This document shows, piece by piece, positions 10,190 to 19,809 of a DNA stretch of 64,000 nt. How positions within the stretch are numbered: the first letter of the stretch is position 1; each line of letters begins with the position of its first letter. Below the pieces are notes generated by a model. The model had not been told where the DNA came from. It was given only the letters and a program-made list of their open reading frames with translations, and searched no databases. This DNA comes from Candidatus Bathyarchaeia archaeon (GTDB lineage Archaea > Thermoproteota > Bathyarchaeia > 40CM-2-53-6). The DNA lies in NCBI GenBank assembly GCA_050013255.1, contig JBEKFP010000001.1, positions 1,088,001 to 1,152,000 of the forward strand, read 5' to 3'. Made by a program: the position numbers and the translations under genes.

Positions 10190-10984
10190 ATGGTAAACAT
10201 CCTCGTACTCGTAAAACAGGTTCTTCAAACTGCAGAGTTGAAGGTTGACAAAAACACTAAGACCATGATCACTCAGGGTGTTCCTCGGGTCATTAGTGAA
10301 ACCGACAAGAACGCCATTGAGGAAGCAGTCAGGATCAAAGAGAAACACGGCGGAAAAATCACCGCAATAAGCCTCGGCCCGCCCGAGGCGAAAGAAGCAC
10401 TGAGGGAGGCCCTGGCAATGGGCGCCGACGAAGCCTGCCTTATAACCGACCCACTCTTCGAAGGATCCGACGCCCACGCAACCGCCAACGTCTTGGTCGC
10501 TGCAGTCACCAAGATACTTGATTACGACCTAATCCTCTGCGGAGCATACTCAGAGGATCTCTTCGCATTCCAAATCGGAGCAAGACTTGCGGAGATGTGT
10601 AACCTTCCCCAAATTACCTATGCCGCAAAAATCGCCCTCGAAAAAGGGAAAGTTGTTGTCGAAAGAGATCTAGAGAACGAACGCCAAATTGTAGAGGGCA
10701 CACTCCCATGCTTGATCAGTGTTGTGAGGGAGATTAATGAACCACGGCTTCCCACGCTGATGGCGATAATGGCTGCCTCCAAGAAGCCCACGAACATATG
10801 GTCGGCCGAAGACCTCAGCCTTGGCGCGGAGGAGCTAGGCTTCAACGGCTCACTTGTCGAAGTCTTACGCAGCACTGTTTCCGTGGGAGAAAGAAAGCAC
10901 ATAATGCTCCAAGGAGACGCGAAGGAAATCGGCCCGAAACTTGTCAAGGCTCTACTCCAAGAAGGGGTCCTGAAGGCGAACTAA
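10190..10984 (+). CDS. etfB: Electron transfer flavoprotein beta subunit
   Basis: VLVKQV, DKNAIEEA, ALAMGAD, NEPRLP. Confidence 0.95.
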   Translation: MVNILVLVKQVLQTAELKVDKNTKTMITQGVPRVISETDKNAIEEAVRIKEKHGGKITAISLGPPEAKEALREALAMGADEACLITDPLFEGSDAHATANVLVAAVTKILDYDLILCGAYSEDLFAFQIGARLAEMCNLPQITYAAKIALEKGKVVVERDLENERQIVEGTLPCLISVVREINEPRLPTLMAIMAASKKPTNIWSAEDLSLGAEELGFNGSLVEVLRSTVSVGERKHIMLQGDAKEIGPKLVKALLQEGVLKAN

Positions 10985-10986
10985 GC

Positions 10987-11964
10987 ATGGCGCAAGAAAA
11001 CAAAGGCGTTTGGGTGTTCTCAGAATTACCGCAGTTAACACTCGAACTCTTAGGAAAAGGAAGAAGCCTCGCTGACCAACTCGGAACGAACGTAACCGTT
11101 GTGTCGACAACAGTCGGCGAAGACGCCCAAAGGCTCATTCAGAATGGCGCTGACAAAGTCCTCTCAATTCCAGATCCTACCTTGAAGACCTTTCATGTTG
11201 ACACATATACTGATGCCCTTGCCTCGCTCGTCACCGAACACAAACCTGACATTCTACTCATAGGCGCAACTCGAAGCGGACTAGAGTTGGCACCCCGACT
11301 AGCTGAGCGGTTGAAGACTGGTTGCGTAACCGAAGCAACAAAATTAGAACCAGACGCCGAGAAGAACTACGTACTCATGGACAGAGTTACTCTGGGCGGC
11401 AATTTAGTGGAGACGCAAATATCAAGGTCGAAACCACAAATTGCAACAATTCCAAAGGGCTTATTCTCCCCGATTGCTCCTGATGCTTCGCGCAAAGGGG
11501 AAGTTATCAAGGTTGAACCAAAGATCAAACCCCCAAGCACAAAGCTCATCGAGACTAAGCCGAAACCCGCAAAAGGTGTGAAGCTTGTTGATGCTTCCGT
11601 GATTGTATCGTTTGGGCGCGGAGTACGCAAGAAAGAGGACATGGCGTTAATCGAACAGTTCGCCCAAACAGTTGGTGGTGTCGTTGGTTGTTCCCGGCCA
11701 ATTGCTGAAGACTTAGGCTGGCTCCCCGAGGGGCAATACATAGGCCTCTCCGGCCAGAAAGTTAGTCCGAAACTATACTTTGCCTTCGGAATTTCAGGGC
11801 AAATACAACACTTGACTGGAATAAGAAACAGCAGAATCATCGTTGCCGTGAACAACGATCCGAAGGCCCCGATTTTCGAGTTCAGCGACTACGGCATCGT
11901 GGCCGACCTGTACCAAATAATCCCAGCCTTCACAGAAGCCCTCAAGCAATTGGGGAAATCCTAA
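10987..11964 (+). CDS. etfA: Electron transfer flavoprotein alpha subunit
   Basis: GRG, GCSRP, IGLSGQKVSP, GISGQIQH, NNDPKAPIF; ATG 10987. Confidence 0.95.
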   Translation: MAQENKGVWVFSELPQLTLELLGKGRSLADQLGTNVTVVSTTVGEDAQRLIQNGADKVLSIPDPTLKTFHVDTYTDALASLVTEHKPDILLIGATRSGLELAPRLAERLKTGCVTEATKLEPDAEKNYVLMDRVTLGGNLVETQISRSKPQIATIPKGLFSPIAPDASRKGEVIKVEPKIKPPSTKLIETKPKPAKGVKLVDASVIVSFGRGVRKKEDMALIEQFAQTVGGVVGCSRPIAEDLGWLPEGQYIGLSGQKVSPKLYFAFGISGQIQHLTGIRNSRIIVAVNNDPKAPIFEFSDYGIVADLYQIIPAFTEALKQLGKS

Positions 11965-12072
11965 CCAGAGAATTACGGGCTAAAGAAGCACCGTTATTTT
12001 CGCTGAGAATACGTGTCTAACCCTTCTAGGGAATTGAAGCACAACAATGCCATCGAATGCGCATTGAAGAGA

Positions 12073-13329
12073 CTAGGTGCTATGGCTTCCTCTGCGAGAC
12101 CCCGTCCCAAGTAGTGAGGGAACTGAAAGAACGGATGCCGAAACGAGGGTTATGAAGAGGCGAGGGTCCCGAGCCAAAGATAGTAGAGTTCTGCCTTGGA
12201 AGTCAATGTCCGCCGTTCTGTTGAGAATGTCATCCGCCCTTAACTCCGCTGAAATTCTAAAGATGCGGTTTAGCTGCTGGTCGGGTAATCTGTAGAGCAG
12301 CCTACGGAGCCACGACATGGCGGTTAGGTCGAGCCCTATTAATCGCCGCCACGCGTTCTCATAGGTTCTAAGGTTAGACGCAGACACGTCTCCTTCTTCC
12401 ACGGCTCCTGCGGAGGTCTCACCAGCAATCCGTCCGCAGGCTAGGCCAAACACGATGCCACCTCCCGTCGTTGGCTTAACTTGCGATGCCGCGTCTCCCA
12501 CAGTTAGTATGTTGTCAGCGTACGTGCGACTTCGCGCGCCGCCTACGGGGATGAGGTGGTACATAGGGGCAGTTGTAGGTTTCGCGTGCTTGAGCTTCAC
12601 TGATACCACACGGTGCCTGTGAATGAAGCGCTCGAAACATTCCCGAACGTTAGCACGCCCCCCGGCTGCTATCCCAACCTTAGCCGAACCATCGCGGCGG
12701 GGTATGATCCAACCAAAGAAACCCGGCGCAAAGCCTTGCCCGAAATAAACCTCAACAAAGTCTTCATCTACGTCAGTCAGATTCTCCACATTAAACTGGG
12801 CTGAATTCACAAGCATTCCTCTCCCGGACTTCGCGAGGCCAACGTATTTTGAAATAGACGCCCGACAACCACTGGCGTCAATTAACATCTTGCAAGAGAA
12901 GTCTCCAGCATTCCGACCACCTGCCTTGAGCCTAACTCCTCCTCCAGAACGTTCGAAACTCTCGACACGGGAACCCAGCCGGAGGGACGCCCCGCTTTCA
13001 ATTGCTAGAGAAGCTAGGTGCTTATCAAATTCAGCCCGGTTCAGAACCCATGTGACCGGTTTCGGCCTATAGAGTGTTAGGGGCCTTCCGTTTGGTGGGT
13101 GGAGGACTGCGCCTTTGATCTCATTCTCTATGATCCTTGTTGGCATCTCAGGGGCGAATTGTTTGAAGGCGAGAATGCCCACGTGGCCAGAGCAGTGAGA
13201 AGGTTCTCCCACCTGTTCGTGTTCTTCAAAGATTGATACCGAGAGGCCCCGCTGCGCGGCGGCGATAGCTGCGCTTGCTCCGCTTACCCCACATCCAACG
13301 ATCGCTATATCAGCTGAGTATGCGTGCAA
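12073..13329 (-). CDS. Geranylgeranyl reductase family FAD oxidoreductase
   Basis: GCGVSG Rossmann motif, PSHCSG, GFFGWIIP, GDAASQVKPTTGGG. Confidence 0.88.
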   Translation of the reverse strand: MHAYSADIAIVGCGVSGASAAIAAAQRGLSVSIFEEHEQVGEPSHCSGHVGILAFKQFAPEMPTRIIENEIKGAVLHPPNGRPLTLYRPKPVTWVLNRAEFDKHLASLAIESGASLRLGSRVESFERSGGGVRLKAGGRNAGDFSCKMLIDASGCRASISKYVGLAKSGRGMLVNSAQFNVENLTDVDEDFVEVYFGQGFAPGFFGWIIPRRDGSAKVGIAAGGRANVRECFERFIHRHRVVSVKLKHAKPTTAPMYHLIPVGGARSRTYADNILTVGDAASQVKPTTGGGIVFGLACGRIAGETSAGAVEEGDVSASNLRTYENAWRRLIGLDLTAMSWLRRLLYRLPDQQLNRIFRISAELRADDILNRTADIDFQGRTLLSLARDPRLFITLVSASVLSVPSLLGTGSRRGSHST

Positions 13330-13402
13330 GTTTCCTTTTCACAGCAATGCCGTGCCAGTGCACGGTTCAGGAGGGACAAAGAGATGAACTTGATGGAAGC
13401 AG

Positions 13403-13642
13403 TTAGGCTTGTGTCTGTGGTTCTGCTAATTCTACTCGCCGTTTGCCCTTCGTTTGCCGAGATACCCTTACTATTCCGGTAACTTCCAGTTTCAAGAGGA
13501 TTCGATTCAGCTCGCGAAAGCTGAGGTCCTCTTTGCCGTTCCGGATCTCTCGAAGCAATTCGTCGTCCGTCATTGCGCCTTTTCGTGTTATGACGTCTAG
13601 TACTAAGAGTTGTAGGGGGCGGGGACCCCAGACTTTTTCCAA
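13403..13642 (-). CDS. Small winged-helix DNA-binding protein
   Basis: wHTH pattern TDDELL...ELNRILLKLEVTGIVRV with beta-wing; 27 bp downstream of cdc48. Confidence 0.75.
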   Translation of the reverse strand: MEKVWGPRPLQLLVLDVITRKGAMTDDELLREIRNGKEDLSFRELNRILLKLEVTGIVRVSRQTKGKRRVELAEPQTQA

Positions 13643-13669
13643 GGATTTTGCACCGTCAGTTTCCTTGCT

Positions 13670-15850
13670 TTACGCGATGGGTGTGGGGGCTGATGCTCGC
13701 TCTCTTCTAAGTCGCTTCGAGAACTTCTGGTACCACGCGTCGTCTTCCGAGGTTATGCTTGGGCCGACCCTCTCCATCGCAACATCAAAGTCGCGCCTTG
13801 AAACCTCCGTGCACTCAATGTCCTCCCTCAATGCGTTCATGGCTGCCTCCCGGCAGATTCCTTCAATGTCCGCGCCGGAATATCCTTGGGCTTTCCTGGC
13901 CAACTCGTCAAGCACCACGTCTCTAGACAACGGCATTCCAGTTGTATGAATCTTGAAGATTTCCTTCAGAGAGTCGAAGTCTGGCGAGGGCACGAAGATT
14001 AATCGGTCGAACCTGCCCGGTCTCATGACAGCTGGGTCTAGCATGTCGGGGCGGTTCGTCGCAGCTATTACTAGCACGTTTTGGAGAGTTTCGATGCCGT
14101 CAATTTCAGTCAGCAGCTGGCTGATGACGCGTTCGCTAGCACCCGAGTCACCGTAACCCAAGCCACGTCTCGGCACTATTGCGTCGAGTTCGTCGAAGAA
14201 AATTATGGCGGGTGCTGCGGTCCGGCCTTTCCTAAAGACTTCGCGAATTGCTTTCTCCGACTCGCCTACCCATTTCGAGAATATTTCGGGGCCCTTTATG
14301 GAGATGAAGTTCGCTTCGCTTTCCGTCGCCACTGCCCTTGCCAAGAGTGTCTTTCCGCATCCAGGGGGCCCGTAGAGTAAGATTCCACGTGGGGGTTTAA
14401 TGCCCATTTTCTTGAATACTTCTGGCTTCTTGAGAGGCCACTCGACTGATTCCATAAGTTCCTGCTTAACCTGTTTCAAGCCGCCGACTTCATTCCAGTG
14501 AACCTGCGGGACTTCTACGTACACTTCACGCATAGCGGTCGGTGTTATCTCCCTGTACGCCGAGAGGAAGTCGTCCATCTTGACTATCATTTTCTCCAAG
14601 GTTTCAGGCGGTATCCGTTCCTCCTCAAGGTTGAACTCAGGTATGTATCGCCTCAGCGCTTTCATTGCTGCCTCCCGACAGAGAGAAGCCATGTCGGCTC
14701 CCGTGTACCCGTGGGTGACATCAGACAGCCGCTTCAAGTCAACATCTTCTGCTAACGGCATGTTACGTGTGTGAATCTGCAGAACTTCATAGCGTCCTGC
14801 TTTATCTGGGACGCCAATTTCTATTTCACGGTCGAATCTTCCCGGCCTGCGGAGAGCTGGGTCTATTGCGTTAGGTCGGTTTGTGGCTCCGATAACAATG
14901 ATGTTCCCTCGAGAACCCATACCATCCATTAGTGAGAGTAGTTGTGCGACGACTCGACGTTCAACTTCTCCAGTGACTTCTTCGCGTTTGGGTGCTATGG
15001 CATCCATTTCATCTATGAAAATGATGCTTGGCGACGTTTCTTGGGCTTTCTGGAAGATTTCCCGCAACCTCGCCTCTGATTCGCCGTAGAACTTCGACAT
15101 AATCTCCGGTCCGGAGATCACATAGAAGTTGGCGTCGGATTCGTTGGCGACAGCCTTGGCTAGCAAGGTTTTACCGCATCCCGGAGGGCCGTATAGGAAA
15201 ACACCACGAGGCGGCTCGATGCCTAACCGTTGGAAGAGTTCAGGGTGCCTGAGAGGGAGTTCTACCATTTCACGGATGCGTTGAATCTCCTCGTGTAAGC
15301 CGCCTATGTCTTCATAGGTGACTATTGGAATACCTTTCTTCTCGGGGGTCGGTTCGCTAAGTACTTGCACGTGAGCTGCTTCAGTGATCTTTACGGCGCC
15401 ATGCGGCCTAGTCCTAGTAACGATTAGTGGGACAGCGCTACCGAATATTGACAGTAGCGTCATGTCGCCTTCGATAAAGGGCATATCCATGAATCGGCGT
15501 TTTACGAAGCTGACGAACTCTTCATCCACGCTTAGTCTGACGTCGGTCGGCGCGAAGATTATGGCTTGAGCGTCTTTCACGTCCGCTTTTCTAACGCTAA
15601 CGTATTCATTGAGGGCTACCCCGGCGTTTCTTCGAATCAAACCGTCCATTCTAATGATTTCCTGGCCTTGGTCTTCAGCGTAGGCTGGCCAGGCTACGGC
15701 GACGGTCATCTTCTTACCGTGTATCTCGACGAAGTCACCGGCTGTAATGCCGAGTTTCTGCATCGTATCGTTGTCTATGCGGACCTTACCGTGACCAACA
15801 TCACGTTGTCTGGCGTCGGCAACTCTCAACGAAGATTCTTTACTGCTCAT
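13670..15850 (-). CDS. cdc48: CDC48/VAT AAA+ ATPase
   Basis: N-domain plus two AAA modules (GPPGCGKT twice; IDEMD/FDELD; RPGRFDR twice). Confidence 0.97.
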   Translation of the reverse strand: MSSKESSLRVADARQRDVGHGKVRIDNDTMQKLGITAGDFVEIHGKKMTVAVAWPAYAEDQGQEIIRMDGLIRRNAGVALNEYVSVRKADVKDAQAIIFAPTDVRLSVDEEFVSFVKRRFMDMPFIEGDMTLLSIFGSAVPLIVTRTRPHGAVKITEAAHVQVLSEPTPEKKGIPIVTYEDIGGLHEEIQRIREMVELPLRHPELFQRLGIEPPRGVFLYGPPGCGKTLLAKAVANESDANFYVISGPEIMSKFYGESEARLREIFQKAQETSPSIIFIDEMDAIAPKREEVTGEVERRVVAQLLSLMDGMGSRGNIIVIGATNRPNAIDPALRRPGRFDREIEIGVPDKAGRYEVLQIHTRNMPLAEDVDLKRLSDVTHGYTGADMASLCREAAMKALRRYIPEFNLEEERIPPETLEKMIVKMDDFLSAYREITPTAMREVYVEVPQVHWNEVGGLKQVKQELMESVEWPLKKPEVFKKMGIKPPRGILLYGPPGCGKTLLARAVATESEANFISIKGPEIFSKWVGESEKAIREVFRKGRTAAPAIIFFDELDAIVPRRGLGYGDSGASERVISQLLTEIDGIETLQNVLVIAATNRPDMLDPAVMRPGRFDRLIFVPSPDFDSLKEIFKIHTTGMPLSRDVVLDELARKAQGYSGADIEGICREAAMNALREDIECTEVSRRDFDVAMERVGPSITSEDDAWYQKFSKRLRRERASAPTPIA

Positions 15851-16007
15851 CGTTTGACACCTTCAATAGGATTCCAGCACGAGTCGTGCTGGTCAGACCT
15901 TGACTTTTGATATTAAAATCCCTTGTGTAATATCCATCATCTGCCCTTACATTACTCGGCAAGATGGTCTGGCGTGTAGATTCATTCATGGGGAATCCAC
16001 CAAAGAT

Positions 16008-16057
16008 TTTGTTACGTATGGTAACAAACTACGGATATAAACGTTACTTACAGTAAC
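16008..16057 (-). promoter_or_regulatory. Putative cdc48 promoter: TATA box flanked by two GTTAC-N5-GTAAC palindromic operators
   Basis: TTTGTTAC-gtatg-GTAACAAA at 16008-16028; GTTAC-ttaca-GTAAC at 16043-16057; minus-strand TTTATAT between them. Confidence 0.7.
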
Positions 16058-16061
16058 AGTT

Positions 16062-16331
16062 TTAGTAGCGAACGACTCGTTGGACTTGTATTTCGCTCAC
16101 CAATTCCACCGAACGTATAGCTTCTTCGACCTGATCCATTTTCCCCTCAACGTCTTCCGGAAGTAGAACATGCGCAATCAATGCGACTAAGCCAAAAGCG
16201 ATAGGCTCTTCCTCGAATCTTTGAACGGTAGAGTCAGCTGGTAGAGACGCTTGAATCTTGGCCTTCAAGCCGTCTAGGTCGATATTTGCATCGGATGGAA
16301 AGATCTTGATTGATGCAAGTACCTTCGCCAT
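16062..16331 (-). CDS. ef1b: Translation elongation factor aEF-1beta
   Basis: KIFP, EEEPIAFGLVAL. Confidence 0.95.
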   Translation of the reverse strand: MAKVLASIKIFPSDANIDLDGLKAKIQASLPADSTVQRFEEEPIAFGLVALIAHVLLPEDVEGKMDQVEEAIRSVELVSEIQVQRVVRY

Positions 16332-16355
16332 GAGCTCTCAACTAGCAAAAAAGTC

Positions 16356-16559
16356 TCATGGGCCGGTGAAACCGCATTTAACGCAGCGGTAAGGTCGGCC
16401 GAACATTCGGCATTTCTCACACCGCCAGATGGTCACTTCGCCGCAACTGGGACATGGAAACTTTACAGCCCCCTCGCCTGGGAGGATGGTTCGCGCGCAC
16501 CACGTACACGTGGGCATACGAATACCCTTTTCGCTCGACATCGTGGCAGTAGCACTCAT
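16356..16559 (-). CDS. Conserved archaeal double Zn-ribbon protein (DUF1610 / HVO_2753 family)
   Basis: Four CxxC pairs, FPCPSCGE, C-terminal CGFTGP; usual neighbour of aEF-1beta. Confidence 0.9.
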   Translation of the reverse strand: MSATATMSSEKGIRMPTCTWCARTILPGEGAVKFPCPSCGEVTIWRCEKCRMFGRPYRCVKCGFTGP

Positions 16560-16741
16560 CTAATCGCACTTCGGGTTCCCACACGCACGGCTCTGAAGGT
16601 TATAAATTGATTGCTAGCTTCACGCGCCTTGGTAGGTCCAAAGCCCGGTTTGACGTCAACGATTGGAAGAACCGACAAATTCAAACAGCAGCTTTGTAAC
16701 ACTTCTAGTAGCCTATTCCAGCTTACCCTAGGGACACAACA

Positions 16742-17200
16742 TTGGTCAAAATAGACTCAGTTTGCGATCTCGATCGTTTCCGCCGTTTCATGATCATGAG
16801 CACCTGCCAATCATACATTCCACTAGACATGGACGAAGACGAGACCATATACCCCGAAAGGTCCTCAGAAAAAGGGACAATGTATGTTGAGGCCGAAGAT
16901 AAGGAGACTCTTCAACAAATACGCGAGATCAGGTTCACAAGGGTGTCGAATGTGTTGGGAATAATTTACAACTCCAAAAGCGGCCGAACCCAATTGAAGT
17001 GGCGGCACCTGAAAGGCAGGGTCGGCCGACTGAGCGGTGAGGCGAGCCCAAACACACTGGTCAACCTATTCGCCTCCCAGGCCCTGTCAGAGTCCTATGC
17101 AATAGCTGGCCGTGAAGGAGAAACTGAAACCGAAACGGAACCAGAATCAGTCAGGGAAGAGGCTTCAAACTCTATACATGAAGCTTTCGCAGACACGTGA
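16742..17200 (+). CDS. Hypothetical protein with acidic tail
   Basis: Long ORF with protein-like composition; no recognised motif. Confidence 0.7.
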   Translation: MVKIDSVCDLDRFRRFMIMSTCQSYIPLDMDEDETIYPERSSEKGTMYVEAEDKETLQQIREIRFTRVSNVLGIIYNSKSGRTQLKWRHLKGRVGRLSGEASPNTLVNLFASQALSESYAIAGREGETETETEPESVREEASNSIHEAFADT

Positions 17201-17296
17201 AAGCCAACCACAACAGTGCACCTACCTTCCGAGCCAGATTCCCAGGTTTGCCTTGTGGAAGTCTAAACGGCTAATCTAGCATCGGCAGGCATCTCT

Positions 17297-17458
17297 ATGC
17301 AAGGCGCAAACGGCCCAATGCGACTTGAATCAGAAGTACGTCGGTCAGAAGTGTTAGAGCAGCACTTCGTTCATGGTAAATGGGCCATTGTCAAGGTCTA
17401 CATTAGAGGAGAGCTTCGCGAAATCGTCGTCAGGATCAGGGAAGGCCACAATTCCTAG
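17297..17458 (+). CDS. Possible 53-aa small protein
   Basis: Manual translation MQGANGPMRLESEVRRSEVLEQHFVHGKWAIVKVYIRGELREIVVRIREGHNS; fills the gap before fen1. Confidence 0.4.
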   Translation: MQGANGPMRLESEVRRSEVLEQHFVHGKWAIVKVYIRGELREIVVRIREGHNS

Positions 17459-17557
17459 ATGCAATTCTCAATCTCAATTACCCCTCGACTCTCCATACAA
17501 ATTTTGTAATAGTAGGAAGCAAGTACAACCAAGGGCTGGGGGAGGTAGGGATAAGCC

Positions 17558-18592
17558 TTGGGTGTTGACCTAGCGGGTATCATACCCGAGCAGGCAATTA
17601 CCCTCGACAGTTTATCGAATAAGACACTTGCAGTGGACGCATACAACGCGCTATTCCAGTTCCTGGCTATAATTCGTCAACCAGACGGAACGCCACTGAA
17701 GGACCGGCGTGGGAGAATTACAAGCCATCTTAGTGGTTTATTGTATAGGACGGCAAACCTTGCGGAGAAAGGAATCAAGCTCGTCTTCGTGTTTGATGGG
17801 AAACCGCCGGAACTGAAGGAAGAGGAAATCCGTAGGCGGCGGCAGGTGAAAGAGGAAGCGGTGGTGCGCTACGAACGGGCATTGAAAGAAGGAAGGATGG
17901 AAGAGGCGAGAACATACGCCCAAGCAACCTCACGGCTGAAAGATGATATGGTCGACGACGCCAAGAAACTTCTCGTCGCGCTAGGCGTTGCTTGGATTCA
18001 GGCCCCCTCAGAGGGAGAAGCCCAAGCATCATTCATAGCGTCACGTGGAGATGTCTGGGCGGTTGCATCTCAGGACCACGACTCACTACTCTTTGGGGCG
18101 CCAAGAATGGTGAAGAACCTTGCTATTACAGGACGCAGAAAACTGCCACGCAGGAATGCCTACGTTGAGGTCGAACCCAAGATAATTGAATTGGCAAAAG
18201 TACTCGAGGAACTCTCTCTGACGAGAGAGCAACTTGTTGATGTGGGCATACTGATTGGAACTGATTTCGATCCAGATGGTGTCAAGGGTATCGGTCCTAA
18301 GACCGCCGTAAAACTGATCCGTGAGCACGGTAATCTCGAAAAAGTGATGGCTAACAACCCTGAAGTAAAGATCTATCCTGCGCCTGAAAACATACGAAAG
18401 ATATTCCTACAACCGGACGTAACCCCTGACTACTTGCTAAAATGGTCGAGACCTGACGAAGAGAAAGTAGTATCCTTCCTATGCGGTGAACGTGATTTTT
18501 CCGAGGACCGCGTGCGAAAAGCTGTGTCAAGAATGATCACAGTTGCAACGCCTTCGCCTCCGAAAACGACACTTGAGTCTTACTTCGGCTAG
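17558..18592 (+). CDS. fen: Flap endonuclease 1
   Basis: MGV start, DAYNALFQFL, VFDGKPP, APSEGEAQA, SQDHDSLLFGAP, GIGPKTA H3TH, C-terminal PIP-like TLESYF. Confidence 0.97.
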   Translation: MGVDLAGIIPEQAITLDSLSNKTLAVDAYNALFQFLAIIRQPDGTPLKDRRGRITSHLSGLLYRTANLAEKGIKLVFVFDGKPPELKEEEIRRRRQVKEEAVVRYERALKEGRMEEARTYAQATSRLKDDMVDDAKKLLVALGVAWIQAPSEGEAQASFIASRGDVWAVASQDHDSLLFGAPRMVKNLAITGRRKLPRRNAYVEVEPKIIELAKVLEELSLTREQLVDVGILIGTDFDPDGVKGIGPKTAVKLIREHGNLEKVMANNPEVKIYPAPENIRKIFLQPDVTPDYLLKWSRPDEEKVVSFLCGERDFSEDRVRKAVSRMITVATPSPPKTTLESYFG

Positions 18593-18625
18593 TCAAGTGT
18601 TCATGTCGGCGAAAGGCGCATCTAC

Positions 18626-19309
18626 CTATCTATTCCAACCGCGCCTTCCCCTCATAGGCACGAAGGCAACTCCTCCCATGCTTTCACGCGAAAAGCCGCC
18701 GTTCTTGTTCTTCCTTATCCTCATTAGTTCCTGGTAGAACTGAGGCCCGCCCACGGGAATGAGAAGAATGCCCCCGGGTTTAACCTGGTCTGTGAGTTCG
18801 GACGGGATCTCGGGGGCCGCACTAGTCACTATGATTAAGTCGAACGGTGCTTGGCCTTTCAAACCTTCAGAGGCATCTGTTTCTATGAAGGTCACTTTAG
18901 CAGCGTATCCAAGGCGTTCAACATTCCTCTTCCCAAACTCTGCCAACTGTGGCACAATCTCCGCCGACCACACATGCCCCCAGGTCTCCTTCGGTTGTTC
19001 CGAAGGTGCGACCACTTCGGCGTAAACGCAGCTCATGTAGCCGCAACCGCCACCCACCTCCAAGACACGCTGGCCCAATGTCATTTCGCCAAATTCGCAA
19101 AATAGGGCGGTCATGTGGAGAGCGCTGGTCGTCTGGCCGTACCCAATGGGGATAGGAGAATCGGTGTAGGCATATGATCTAACCTCATGGGGTAGGAATT
19201 CCTCGCGTGGAACCTTGCTCATTGCCCTAATTATTTCCGGGTTCCGGAGAATCCTCTCATGCCTGAGGTCGTCAACAGCTTGCCGCCTTAACTCGGCGAA
19301 GTCCGTCAA
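18626..19309 (-). CDS. pcm: Protein-L-isoaspartate O-methyltransferase
   Basis: VPREEF, AYTDSPIPIGYGQT, LEVGGGCGY, APFDLI, VAFVPM; TTG 19309 preferred because the longer ORF overlaps the divergent gene. Confidence 0.9.
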   Translation of the reverse strand: MTDFAELRRQAVDDLRHERILRNPEIIRAMSKVPREEFLPHEVRSYAYTDSPIPIGYGQTTSALHMTALFCEFGEMTLGQRVLEVGGGCGYMSCVYAEVVAPSEQPKETWGHVWSAEIVPQLAEFGKRNVERLGYAAKVTFIETDASEGLKGQAPFDLIIVTSAAPEIPSELTDQVKPGGILLIPVGGPQFYQELMRIRKNKNGGFSRESMGGVAFVPMRGRRGWNR

Positions 19310-19383
19310 TTGTTTCGTGTCGTAACCACCGGAACGAGCCAATAAAGATTCAAAGGATTGTTTCCAATCGTTCTTGGGCCCCT

Positions 19384-19809
19384 TTGAGAAGTGTTGAGGT
19401 ACTATTTGCGCAAGGACATCCAAACGTAATGGCTACGCACCCAACCACCTTCGAAATCACAAAAGACACGGAGCTGACACGCCGCGGGAATTGTGTCATC
19501 GGCGTCAACGCTAACAAGGGCCCACTCGACTTATCAGATAATTTCAAGGAGCTGTGTAAACATGATGAATCCACAATACGAGTCGAACTTGAAGCGGCCG
19601 GAATCACTGAGTCCATCGAGGGAAACGGTAGCCCCAAACTTTCATTCAACCATCAAACGGAGTTAGTTGGTAGAAAGTCATCTTATGTTTCGAGTCGCAC
19701 CATTATGCTTAGAGCTGATAAAGCTGCAAACGACCTTAACAGGGAACTTATCGATGCTCTGACTCGTTCGGATAGAAGATTGTTGGTACGTATTATCGTG
19801 GAGCTCTAG
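19384..19809 (+). CDS. DUF371 family protein
   Basis: GHPNVMATHPTTFEITKD, LTRRGNCVIGV, RKSSY, ADKAANDL. Confidence 0.9.
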   Translation: MRSVEVLFAQGHPNVMATHPTTFEITKDTELTRRGNCVIGVNANKGPLDLSDNFKELCKHDESTIRVELEAAGITESIEGNGSPKLSFNHQTELVGRKSSYVSSRTIMLRADKAANDLNRELIDALTRSDRRLLVRIIVEL

